A DNA stretch of 64,000 nucleotides, taken from assembly GCA_036172245.1 (NCBI GenBank), contig JAYWIR010000001.1:1364001-1428000 (forward strand), in the 5' to 3' direction. A program made the position numbers and the translations under genes. This DNA comes from Raillietiella orientalis (taxonomy: Eukaryota). A model generated the notes under the pieces. It did no database searches. It was not told where the DNA came from and saw nothing but the letters and a program-made list of their open reading frames with translations. Shown here one piece after another: positions 1 to 11,800 of this stretch (the stretch's first letter is position 1; each line of letters starts with the position of its first letter).

Positions 1-925
1 CTTGCAAGTAGATCTCTTTCCAATCCCACATTCCGATCTCAGGCGATGAATTCATCAAGGGCAAACATCCTCAGGGAGAGGAAATGTAACCTGGTTTCCC
101 CATAAATAAGAAGCGCTGCCATATGTACTGATATTCAAATACATCAGGGGACTTCTCTCGTGAATAATTGCAGAAAATCTTTTGCCAATGCCTATTAGCA
201 TAAAGAAACTGTTCTGGATTGCATTGCTCTTGACAGCCGAAGAGTGGAAGAGGAACGAAAGAGGCCTGATTTATGGTGATTCGAACAAGAATTTCTCCGA
301 ATGCTTATTCCATCTAATTTCCATAGTCTTCGAGCATCCACCTGGCTGCAGGCCTCCCACTAATGGATGTCTCCGGCTTTCAAAAGGCAACCCACGATCG
401 AGTCCGTTGAGAAAAGAACGGTTCCGTCTAAAAATAAGATCACGCTGCGTAAGGAGGAGATGAAATTTTTCACCTTTCTTTTTTTTTTTTTTTCCCTCCT
501 CCTCCTCCTCCTCTCTGGAAAATGTTTCATGAGCAAGCAGAGAACAATTTAGAGTGTCATTTTTTTGCCTCTCTGACTGCATCTAATGATTAAGGAATTA
601 TTTAGGAGGAAGATTGGCTTGTATCCGACCATCACATGGAGAAAATGCATCGTGGACAATGCTGCGTGGATGATTTAGGGAGCACCTCCTTTCCAAAGAT
701 TTCTCAGATGAGTCGTCGGCCTTGCCTGCTGCTTGACGAACTCTTGCAGAACGATGAACTGAACCTGGGTGTTGCTGTTTCATTCTGTCAAGCACCCTCA
801 GTTCCCTAACCGCACCTTTGATGACCTTCCACACAAGGTGCAAACATCCTGTGTTCAAGCACAACCATGGTGTCTCACTTTCATCGCCCAGGAGCATCTT
901 GGCATAGTCGCTGAGTTGTCAAGGA

Positions 926-1711
926 TTTTTTTTTTTTTTGGTTTTCCAAGTGCTGAAGCTTCGCCTCCTTGGGGGGGCGCTCACGAAACTCTTCGACACG
1001 GTTCACGCTAGCTGAGGGTGCGTGTAACTCTCCAAGTTGCAGGGGGACGCCCTATGAATCCAGGAAGTCTCAGGAAGGAGCCCGTTCCTCCCATGCTGGG
1101 AAGGCAGCCCCGAAGAGAACCCTCGCCCTGGTTGTCTCCCAAAAGAATCCCCAAGGAACCTCTTCCTTCTTCTCTCCAGAGGGATGGATGTGGTCCCTCT
1201 GAGGGGGCCACTTCTTTTCTTCTTCTGAAAGAACCTGGAAAGGATGAGCTCCTGGAATTTCTTCTCCAGAGGACATATGCAAGGGGATCGCTCTTGGTTT
1301 CCTTCCATGAAGAGAACCCCGAAGGGATACTTTCCAATTTCTCTGAAGGGGGCGCTCTCTGAAGGGAGCAGCTTGCTCCTTGCACTCTGGAGAGGCAACT
1401 GCCCGAGGGAAATACCAACCAGCTCCATGGTACGGCTCCATCCTCACAACCGGTGGGAAACCCCAAAGGAAACCGTCTCCTTGATGTCCTTGTCCTCAAA
1501 GGGATCCCGGAGGGTCGACTTCCGATCCCGGCCACTCATCAGGGCATCGGTTTCCAGATTCCACCAGTGCCGCACCCGAATCCCCTAAGGCCAACCAGCG
1601 TCGTCTTGCGGGAGGAACTCGAACCCGCGGCACACCTATTTCTCTGGCGTGATCCTTTTCCGGGCAGGATTCGAGCCCGCGACGCCTGGTACAGAGCGCA
1701 GGGACCGCAGC
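926..1711 (-). mobile_element. SINE-like family copy 1 (full length, poly(A) tail)
   Basis: T14 at 926-939 is the A tail. The 3' end matches the family consensus AAGAGCTTCGTGAGCCCC..GGCGAA..CTTCAGCACTT. The head reads GGGCTCGAATCCTGCCCGG...GGGTTCGAGTTCCTCCCGCAAGACGACGCTGGTTGGCC on the minus strand. Confidence 0.8.
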
Positions 1712-2169
1712 CGCACAGCCGCCAGCGCTAGTTACTGAGCATTTGCGATGCAAATCGGAAAATCATCTTTAAACCCTTCTCCACAGAGCATGGGGGCACA
1801 TGGAAAAAGGAGGAAGACTCACCCGATGTTCGATGGATGCTGATTCTGTGAAGTCCCCAAGGCTGTCTCCCCGATAGCAGCCTGAGTGGAACACAAAGTC
1901 TGATGGACTCTGGGACTTCGTTTCCAAAAATCATTCAAAGAAGAGGGGCAATCCACAAAAGAGCAGTGGTCGTCTGCATTTCTCTCATTTTTACTTCCCC
2001 AAAATCTCATTTTTCCCTGCAAGTTTAAAGGAAACGGAAGCGGAAACTCTGGTGGTGACGTCAACTTTCCTCTTCGTAGGTCTTCACTAGTCCTCCGTTC
2101 CTTATCAGGGTCAAGTAAGCCATTTCAAATCAGCCCTTCATTTCTTAGCACTTGCACACTACCTGTCTA

Positions 2170-3700
2170 GCGGTTAATCCGTTTCCAAGGCATCAGGTTT
2201 CATAGCCGCCTGGTGACCTTCGGCTGTGTACAAGCCATCCTGCACCGGGGCTTCGAAACGTTCTCCAGAACAATCAACAAGTCTTTGTGATGTCAAATTC
2301 TTCGAGTTCAACGCTTCCATTAAAGAGGAGAGTGCCGAGCGGGAACCAATGTGTCTTATCCCTCCGTGGTCGCAACGAACTATTTTCATCTTTATTTTCT
2401 GCTTGCAGAAGAAAAAATCGCGTCAAGCGGCTGCGAGCCAACTTTCTCGAATCGAATGCATCACGTACTCTTTTGCAACCAGCATCTCCCAAGAAGCGAT
2501 CTCATGCGTAGGATATGTAAAAAAACGAATGCGTCGGAATGACGCTGCTGCATGCAGGGCATGTTCTCTAGCGAGGTAGCTGTGGATGCGCGGCAGCCTG
2601 GAGCAGAGGACCAATGGAATTGCCGGTTGCGAAAACCCTTTCAATTGGTCCCCGGCTAAACAAAAAACGTTCCGTTCCATGTTGGCGAAACTTGAATAAA
2701 TGCAGGATGCTGTGGCATGGGGATTCACCGGAGCATCCATCGAAGGCATGCGTGATTCTCTTTGACTTGTCCTTCTGGAATGCTTGGTCAAAGAGTTGGA
2801 AGGATTTGCTTCCACTGTCGGTTCTGGAAACCATGGCCGCAGTCCACGCACGGTTTCGTCAGCGAAGGGGGGTGGTGATTTCAATGGCGCAGAAAGTGAC
2901 GACACCGCCGCTGTACGCTGGATGACTCCGGTCACATCCGAGTTGGATCTTTTCCATCCAGCTTCATACTCGATGGGAAACGCCTTTGCTGAGCCCCCTT
3001 CACCAATTCCCCGTTTCGAAAACCACCATCTGCTCCTCTCTAATTCACATCCTACGTTTGCGAATCATCATCTGCCGATGAGATCTCTCTGTCCACGGTA
3101 GCGGGCGGCTTCCGAGCTCCTCCTCGCCTCGTATCCCTGCGCCTACGATTCACTTGCATCTCTGCCGCGTACCACTCAAAGACAATTCCACGTTGACCGC
3201 TTCTGAGAAATGACCACAAAACCTATCTGGCGTCACAGGTTCGTTGTACAGCTCACCACCTACTGATTCGTTTTTCAGATGAAACTCGGCCTCTCAAGTG
3301 TCCATTTCATTCTCCATAGTCACCAGTGTCACTGTTTGCCTCAAAGGTTAAAAGTACCTAGTCTTAAAGAAGACTGCCTGTCGTAGGGCGGTCGTTGTAT
3401 TATCTGGTCAATAGACAGCAGCCTCCAAGCGCACACCCTACTCCCTCGATGAAAATTTTCATTGTCCATTCAACGCATTTTATACTCACCCCTACGGACC
3501 TAGATCCATTCTCGCCCTTCCTCTCGCACCAGTTGCTTGGTAGCGCACCATGTAAGTCAGCTCCCTGGTCATCTTCCCGAACTCGTTCGTGACGGGGAAG
3601 CGAAGACGTGTCCGGGAGGTGCAAACCAGGAAAACGAACTTTACCGAGGGGCGCACGCAGCCTTCAGCCAAAAACGGATGTCTTATCCGTTAAGATGTTA
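2170..3700 (-). mobile_element. Decayed P-element/THAP9-like DNA transposase
   Basis: Collinear remnants: LRAPLGK..GLHLPDTSSLPR (cf. LPSxRTLxR); ATGGAC-A-ATGAAAATT, a frameshifted DEMKI, at 3454-3469; QAVFF; LTKH; and SLMEALNSKNLTSQRLVDC..ERF (cf. YLLTxRLNQDCLENFF). Confidence 0.45.
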
Positions 3701-4319
3701 AGAGCACTCACTGACCACCTCATCTCTCCCAGAAGCTGACCTGCCTGAAACGTTCGGACGGGTCGAGGGCAAAAAAAAAAGAAAGAAAGAAAACCTCCAT
3801 CCCCTTGCGACCCGAGGAGGTCAGCCTACTCGCAGCAAGGAAAAATCTGGTCCGATCTGATACGAGGGAGACGGCTTTTTGGATTTTTGGAAACCCAACC
3901 CGGCTTCGGAGATGCCAGCAACAGAATGGAGTTGCCCACCACCTTCTTTACAGTCTCTAGGAGACAATCCTGGGTATCCTGGTAGCAGCCAGTAACTTCC
4001 AAGGAGAACAAATCGAAGTGGTCATCTTGAAAAGAGCGAAAAGCGGCAAAGGAAAAGGCAGCAGCAACAAACAGCAACGACAACGAAGAGGGAGGCGCAA
4101 CTCGCGGAAGACAGCGGGAGGCGACCGTGCGAATCGGAGAAAACACCGAGACGGTGCTCTTGTAAATCGCCTGACGCCGTGTCTCCGTGATCCGAGGGAC
4201 CGAGAAAAACGGGACAAAGAGATCATTGCAATTCAGGTGCGTTACGAGCAGAGGATGGGAGGGAGGGGGGAAGGATAATCTGGGAACCCAGGAACAACAG
4301 CCTGCACTGAAAATGAAGA

Positions 4320-5925
4320 GACTGGGTGGTCAGCAGCGATCTTCCGCGGAACGGGCAGGATGTCCATCCCCTCCCGGGCATCTTTCCGAAGTATCTCCCG
4401 TGTGCTTGAGCGACCCGGTAGGCGCAGTTTACGGGCTGATCATCACTATTTCCATCCTGGCGTCCCAGGTTCTGGAAATGGATGAAAGGATTGCTGGACA
4501 CGCAGGACTTCTGGACGGTGCCGGTAGCCCTTCCAGCCGCACCAGCGCCCTTCCAGCTGCGCATTCTGCTCTTCTGTCTGGAGCCCCCCAAGCACCTGTT
4601 CTTTATCAAGGGCAAGAAAGGTGAAGCTCAAAGAGTTCTGGCACTCCTCCAGGGGAATTTGGAGGAGGAGAACCTTCAAGCTTTCCCCGGAAACTACCTT
4701 CAACATGTTGATCAACCGTTCACTGAGAGACTCCCTGATGATCACCATCTTCGCGTGGTTGCGAAAATCAGTCCGGTATCAATGCGGTCACCTTTTTCTT
4801 CGGGGATGTCTTCAAGAATGCCGGCCTGATCGGTGGAGCTTCCCAGTATGCTGCGATAGCGACAGGCATCATGACCCTCTCGTCTCTGGTGCTGGTTGAG
4901 CGCGCGGGTCTCAAGACCATGACAGCCATCGGGCTCAGCATCGCGAGCATATAGACACCGCCACAACTGTCTTCCGGTTCTCAAACACGACGTTTTCCCG
5001 GTCATCCTGTGTCTCCATTCTCCTTGCCACACTCTTCGTCGTAGCCTTCGCAATGGACCTGGTTCTTCATCGCGGAGTTCTTCCAGTAGGGGAGGGTACA
5101 GACTCCTAGCCGCGTCATTTGCAGTGGCCGTCAACTGGGGTTCCTCCCTTTGGCGATGGCGCTTGGGCGTGCAGCTGCGATGACTTCCAGGGTTCTTCCA
5201 AGAATCAAGGAACTCTTCGGAGTTTCCCTCCAGTTGAGAGCATGGAGCTGGTTGATGCCTTCTCGGGCGGTTGCCCCTCCACAGTGTCTGAAGAACGCTG
5301 CTCCCTTTGGGAGAGCTCCCTTCAGAGAAATTTGGGTGTCTCTTTGGGGTTCTCTGAGGAGAACGCAACGGCTCCTTGCTGCTCATCTGAAGAGCACCAA
5401 GGAATGTTGCGGACCCCCTTCGGAGAAGACATTCCAGGAGTGGATCCTTTCCGAGTTCGTTTCGGAGAAGAAACGAGGAGCAGCCCCTTCCGGGAAGTCC
5501 CTTTGGAGAGAACAAGGAAAAGGTGGTTCCCTTGGGCGTTCTCTTTGGAGACAGCCAGGGAAAGAATTACCTTCAGGGTTCCCCCTCCCTCAAGAGTAAG
5601 AAAAACGGACTCTTTCCTCTTGAGCTTCCCTGGATTCATAGGGTGGTCCCTGTGGGGTTACGTCTCAACTGGAAGGATTATGCGCACCCTCGGGTAGCAT
5701 GGGCGATGTTAAAGAAGAGCTTCGCGACCCCTCCCCCTCCCCTATGGGAGCGAATGGTTCTTCATTACTTAGAGATGGTGCTTGTTCCTTATGTATTCCT
5801 CTTTGTTATAGTCCTCCTCCTCTTGGTGCAGTCTCTTTCCTCTTGTCCTTCTGGATTCACGTACTACAAGGTCCCGGAAATCAAAAGCAAGGCCACCGAG
5901 ACCATCAGAGCACACCAAATCTCGA
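4320..5925 (+). pseudogene. Decayed, apparently intronless GLUT/SLC2A-family facilitated sugar transporter pseudogene, interrupted by a SINE at 5166-5773
   Basis: Frame-shifted fragments occur in the correct order: HLSEVSPVCLSDPVGAVYGLIITISILASQVL; LLDTQDFWTVPVALPAAPAPFQLRILLFCLEPPKHL (PESP motif); SGINAVTFF..DVFKNAGL; LVLVERAGLKT; WFFIAEFF; AVAVNW; FLPLAMALG; and, after the SINE, PYVFLF...FTYYKVPEIKSK (VPETKGK motif). Multiple frameshifts and stops. Confidence 0.85.
5166..5773 (+). mobile_element. SINE-like family copy 2 (5'-truncated), inserted in the GLUT pseudogene
   Basis: Body and 3' end match the other copies. Flanked by GATGGCGCTTG (5155-5165) and GATGGTGCTTG (5774-5784). Confidence 0.8.
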
Positions 5926-8900
5926 GGAGGGAGGCAAAAAGAGGAGAAATAGACAGGCATCTGGCTCCTGGAAGTGACAATAGACACCGAGGTGCGAAGG
6001 AAAACATCACTCAAGGAAAAGTTCCACCGAACGTGCAAGCTGCTCTTCCCGGCAGCTTGTGTGCGGGAAAGCCTCTGCGTCCTCCTCGTGGAGCAGCCTT
6101 TTCTTGCACGCTGCTGGCTGCACGCCAATCACCCTCCGGAGAAGAGAAAGCGTGCTCACAAGCGTCGTACACAGTTCGCTGCAGAACTTTGCGCTCGCAG
6201 AGCCTGGTCTCATACGGTGCTGGTAGTACAGAAGGCTCGCTTTCGTGTTCCGTGGCAACGCCTCACTCAGAAACTGGCTTCCTCGGAGCCCCACCTGCTG
6301 AATCTTCAGCAGCAGGAGCAGGAACCGCATAGGTCAAGGCGCGTGGCTCCCCTCTTCCCTGTCTCGGGAGGATCGGTACGTCCGCCAGCATTCGACATGC
6401 TGCGTCCGATGCGAGCGAGACGACCACGGAGGGGCATCTGCCTTCACCCGCGGCTCCTTCGTTCTCACCTCGCAGCTTTCTTCCGTCTGCTTTTCCTGGT
6501 CCGTGGCGGTTGAACGGTTTGCCTCGCGTGCAAGAATCTTTTGTTTACAAACACCTGGCCGCGCTCGTGTACAAACTGAAGCACTTCTTCACATTCTATT
6601 GTCATTCTTTCGTTCTCGCCTGAGGCGGGCTGCTAAAACCACGAAATTCGAATTCTTACGATGGAAGTCGACAGTCTTCGGCAACAAATCTGGGAACCGT
6701 CTTCCTTTTTCAGAATGCTTGTCAGTTTTCCGGCGCTGCTGCAGCTGCCGTCGGCTACTCCTTCGCGTGCGTCTCCGGCAATGAGAAATCGACTCACTCA
6801 CTCCGCTCCTGCTGACGATTTATGCCCACAGCACTGCGCCGCTTGTTTGTTTGTTCGTCTTTTTTCCCAAGCCTGACCGAGAAAGCCGTTGGTCAGTCAT
6901 TCGTGGACAACGACTATGGCAATTGATGCACCATTTCAGCTAGAGGCCCTTTTCTTTCCACGACGGGCCGTCTCTTGAAAATAGCGAACTCTACTGCCAC
7001 CGAAGGTCTGAAAGAAACTAACAAAGTAGCTGTCTTGTGCCCTTTGGCATAAAGCAAGCTGCTAAGTGCACCATGTGTGATAGCTATGGTGACCTTTCGT
7101 TACAAAACCTCTGTTCATAGTTTGGTGTCTTGGAGGAAGCAGAACTGAGCAAAGAACGGCGTTTCAGATCGGCTGCCAAAGTGCAGCATCTTCCTCTCGA
7201 ACCAAGAAGGGAAGCTGTTCCGTTCCGTTCTTGCTGTATGCCTTTCGTTTGCTGTTCCGACTGCTTGAGAAATTCTGCCTTGCTACAACCGTTCCTCGAG
7301 ACTTTCCTTCTGTTCCTCGAAGCACCTGTAAGAGTCGGCAACTACCGGTTGTCAAGCTGCTTTGGCAACTGTCACGCACATGTTTGTTACGGGCGAAAGA
7401 AAGAAGCGAATATTAGTACGCATCATCAATGAAGTGAACCTCACGATGAGTGGATGGATTCTGGGAATTTTACCATTGAAAGCCTCACATCCGAACCACC
7501 TCGCATCAATTCGAAGATTCAGACTCGATCTGGAATGTATTCGCCGCTTTCCGGGATCCTCCTGGAACGCGTCCCAGCAGCAGCTACGATTTTCGACCGT
7601 GGGAGAACGAGAAATTCAAACCTGAGGGAAGGAACCACACGTGTGAATCCCTTTGATGCAACTGAGCATCTAGTTAAGCCTCCTCTTGGCGTCTCTCCTG
7701 TTCAAGACGTCCTTCTCTCCGCTTTACGTTCCTACCGACAAGTACACCGACGGAGAATCCTTCCATAGCACCCACTCGTAGGACCTACCTATCTGTAGTC
7801 CCTTAACTTTTGATCTCTTCCATCAGATAACTCCGAAAAAGTCTAGAGCGAAGTTTTCTTTCACGGCTAAGATGAGAATGTGACCGTGGGTTCACTGCTT
7901 AAGGATTTATATTCGACTGCGTATTGAGTAAAACACTCGTGCTCAACGTTCTCCCTACTTTCTTCCGCTACTGCTGAAGTTTTTTGTTTCTATAAAAAGA
8001 GTGTCGAAAAACCTAATAGGTATTATAGGGTTCTTTACCAGTAATCTCCTAATGTTGGTGCTAAAGCCTAGTGGATCTTATAGGTTCGTTTACCAGCAAC
8101 CTCCTAATGCCTTGTTTAACACTGGACCCAACAGCAGATCATGATGACCTGACCTCCCCATTCAGTGTCTCAAACTTCGGAATTCTCTCCTATTCATCCG
8201 AGGTTGAAATTCCCCTCTGGATCAGGCACCCTATGCGAGTTCCCAACTCCTATCATTGCTGACTCCTCGCGGCTTCCATTTCTCCCTCATGCTCGCTGTC
8301 TCGGTCTGTGCTGTCCACCTGCCGTTTCCTACTTTCGCAAAACCATCGTAGTACTTCAGGTCACGCGAACACCTGCCACCAATGTCCCTAATAATCTCTT
8401 TCACCTTATGGAACAATGACGTAACTTCGAGAAAAAAAAACACACATACACATTGCAGTGTTTTGCCACATTTCAGCGCAGCATGAAATCGGGGGATGGT
8501 CAAGAGGAACTGATTAGGCGAAAGGGCACTCACCAAGAGGACCTCTTTTCGTGCATGTGAGAGTCCGCAGGGTATTTGTCGTAGAAAAGGTGGAAATTTC
8601 CAAGCAGCGCAGAGCCCTTCCGAGCACCGCCCTCTTCCACATTACCCTGGCGACGCGGTTAACGCAAATCGAGTTTGCTGTTTCTTTGTGCTAGCGGAGT
8701 CGCTTGCCACGTCTGTAAAAGGGCAGGGTCGTTTGACCCTCTATTCCATTAGGGAGATGGAAGCGAAAGAAGTGGGCAAGATGGGACTCACCTTGGACCA
8801 GGATGCACCTTTTTTTTTTTCCACAAAAAAAGGAAATGCTGCCGAAGCAGCGAACTGAAAAAACTATCAGGATTTAAGTCCGCGAAAAAAAGCAGGTCAG

Positions 8901-10458
8901 GAAGACACTGGAACTCTCTGAATGATACTCTCCACAGCATCTGGAAACCGCAGTTCCACCTTCACTCCTTGCAACAACAGGGCCGATTCTTCTTTAGCAA
9001 AGTGGCGCTCCCTGCAAATGGTCGGAAGGAAGCGCGCCGTCCAACAAGAGATGCGCCACGGAACTGGAGGTGGCAGATGCTCTCACCGTCGCGCTAAGAC
9101 TTCCACCAAGGGAAACCTTCCAGCACCCAGCACACACATACAAAAAGAAAAACCCAGTTCGCAAAGCATTTCGCGAGCCCATCCTCCAGCAAAGACGGCA
9201 CCCAACCGCTGCAGTTCCCCACAACCGACCTCACCCCTCCTCCCACACCACGCACTTTGCCAGCAGCTCTGCGCTGCTGCCTCCGCCGGCTTGTAGCTGC
9301 CTCGAGCGACAAGAGTGCCGTCCACTTCGCCGCCCGCGCCAGGACGATGGCAACGACGTGGCCCCACCTGGAAAACAACAACCAGCAAGAAGACCTTGCC
9401 GGCATATCCGCCAAACGATGCAGACGACCGCCCCCAGCAGAACGTGACCTCTGACCGCATCCCACCCCTCCCCAAATTGCTTTCATTTTTATCCTCTGCT
9501 TTTTCTTTTTTTCTCTTTCCTGGTCCTTCCCTCCCTCTGCTGCCGTGGTGGACCTCACCGGTCTGCGAACCGGTAACGCGGGCGGATCGCAGCTCAAAAA
9601 GACGTGGTTCGACCACCGCTCCAACCACAAAGATTGCACATGTCTTATGTAGGAAATAAGCGCTTCGCACTCGCAACCAATCCTGGCTCCCACCCGGAAC
9701 GGGTTTGCAGGAATCGACCCCCACCCTTTGGTGGCTGCAATGAAGCTTACCGTCGTCCCACCGATGCGGAAGAGTGGACTTTCCTGCCGACTCGACTCGC
9801 CCGTTCCGTATTCGTTGCAGCGTTCCTCTCGGAGCGCATCTGCGCCGTGCGCGCAACCTCCCCCGCGAAAACTCGCACGCCAGCCACCGCGCCTCGAACC
9901 CTCCTCCCAGGAGCCAATCAGTCCCCACGCGCAAATGGCAACGCCGAGGAAACTGGTCAGGCTCTCTCCCCCTCCCCCACGTTGCCCTCCGCGCTCGCGA
10001 CTCCGCTCCCCGCTCGGTACCGACGCGCAGAGCAGCACTTGCTAATCACCAAACATCTGGCAGCCCGTCCCATCGAAACTCGGCGCCTGCCGAGGTCGCT
10101 TCCCATTCGGGACTCCCAACGGATCGCGGCGAAGCCTTCCCGTGTGCGAAAGTGGAAGAGGATATTCTGGTTCACTTGGAAGTGTCTTTTCCTGCGAAGC
10201 AAGTGGTCCGTCCGCGATCTGCTAAGGTCGCTCCCTATGGATCCGGGCCATGCAAAGGAACGCCGAAGCCAGAACCCTCTGCTTTCTCTTACCATTTGCT
10301 CCCACCGGCAAAGATTCCTTGAAGTGTTGTTGCTTCGTACTGGAAACGTAAGGTTGGTCACCTTCTCCAAAGTGTAGTACGATTGACATGACGACACTTG
10401 GATGTCCACGTTCATCAGCCGTTAAATGGGGGACGAAAACCTAGGCAGAGCATCCACA

Positions 10459-11166
10459 GCTCCGCGTTGGCTGTCTGGCTGAGGTGTCCGCGCACGGCGC
10501 CAAGCGTCAAGGGTTCGAATCCAGCTAGGGGAAATGATCGACGCCGAGGAATGGGGGAGTGCGTCGTGGATTTCTAGTTCCGCCCCACAAGATGACGCAG
10601 GTGACCTTCAGGCGCGGATGCCTCCCCTGACTGGTCGGGATTGGAAGTTGACCATCAGGGGTCATTCCCGGAATCAAGGAGCCGGTTTTCTTCGGGGTTT
10701 CTCTCCGGTTGTGAAAATGGAGCCTACCATGGAGCTGATCGGTACCCTTTCGGAAGGTCGCCACTCCAGAGTGGAAAAAGTGTCCTTCAGAGAAACTTGG
10801 AAGCGTCCCTCCGAGGTCCCTCTTGAGAGGAGTAGCGAAAAGCGGTTCCCTTGTGGTTCCCTCCGCAGAAGAAACGAGGTGATCCCTTCCGAGGGGTGTC
10901 TCTGGAGTGAGCAAGGAAGAGGTTCCCGTCGGAGACAACCAGGGCGACCGTTCCCTTCGAAGTTTTCCCTCCCAAGCGTACTCTCCCTCCCTCCTCACCC
11001 CTTCCTCCGGAACCTTCCTGGATTCCATAGGATGGTCTCTACGGGGTTGTCCCTCCTAACCTGAACAATAAACGCCGCACTTTTGGGTGGCGTGGACGAG
11101 TGTCAAAGAGCTTCGTGAGCTTCCCCTGAGGAGGCGAACGATTCTTCGGCACTTTGCGGATCAAAA
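10459..11166 (+). mobile_element. SINE-like family copy 3
   Basis: Head CCGCGTTGG...GGGTTCGAATCC; body GGAATCAAGGAG..CATGGAGCTG; 3' end GTGTCAAAGAGCTTCGTGAGC..GGCGAACGATTCTTCGGCACTTT. Confidence 0.8.
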
Positions 11167-11289
11167 CGGAAGAAGCTGGATGGAGAGCAGCGAAAGCAAA
11201 AAAGAATCCTCTTGGGTTCTGTTTTCGCTGCTCTCCTTCATCCCAGGCTCCCTAGCAACGACCTCACCGTGAGGTGGCTCGAGGCCTTC

Positions 11290-11800
11290 GAAAACAAAGG
11301 AAAAATTAGGTCCAAGAGTTTCGTTATAGGATGGGTTCGTCTTGGAGCACACGCAAGAGCGCAGCGCGCAGCTGCGAAGTTCATGGACGGAAGAAAACTC
11401 ATCCGAAAAGGTACCTCGATGTAACATGAATTCAGCTTCCATCTTGCTGCCAGTCCTCCGCGTAAGAGAGGATGCGTTCGGGGTGTATGAGGACGTCAAG
11501 TATTTTATCGTTTGTCCTTTTCCCCAGATAATTTTCATGCTAAGGAGAAGTTTGCTCTCTCTGTCTTTGATCGTTTTGTCGATGGCGTTTCTGTTTCTTG
11601 AGAGGCGAACATTCGAAGCCTCCGAGGGCACTCTTTTCCTGTGGAATTCCGTGCATCAGCAGTGTCTTTTCGTCTCTGGAACGATCGCCGTATTTGAGAA
11701 ATGGCACCATCGGAAACAACGCAGCATGCGTTCTTTCAAAGATAACATCTTTTAAAGAGCCCAAAAGATTTCCGTTCGCGACTGACTGCACTCTCGGAAG
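11290..11800 (-). mobile_element. Possible LTR-retrotransposon (Gypsy-like) integrase relic
   Basis: HGIPQE..LGG..CSPLK, YLTSSYTPNASSLTRR (cf. TSPYHPQSNGLxER) and ALRSCVCSKTNPSYNETLG occur in order. Heavily degraded. Confidence 0.3.

Noticed and set aside
270-900. hAT transposase relic (minus-strand CLHLV and EIRWN motifs)
   Set aside because: Only two short degenerate motifs, too weak to call without a profile search.
2193-2201. MEF3/Six-binding site TCAGGTTTC
   Set aside because: A single 9-mer 28 kb from the gene, inside a transposase relic, so chance is a sufficient explanation.
5290-5600. CRISPR-like array in the SINE body
   Set aside because: The units are degenerate with no identical repeats or unique spacers, there are no cas genes, and the context is eukaryotic.
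9083-10377. Overlapping 250-310 aa ORFs, and a CCAAT box at 9914
   Set aside because: No recognisable domain and GC-driven open frames. No gene can be tied to the CCAAT box.
10459-10535. tRNA gene (GGTTCGAATCC); also a similar motif near 47104
   Set aside because: No complete cloverleaf or pairing acceptor stem. The first is the head of a SINE copy and the second is isolated.
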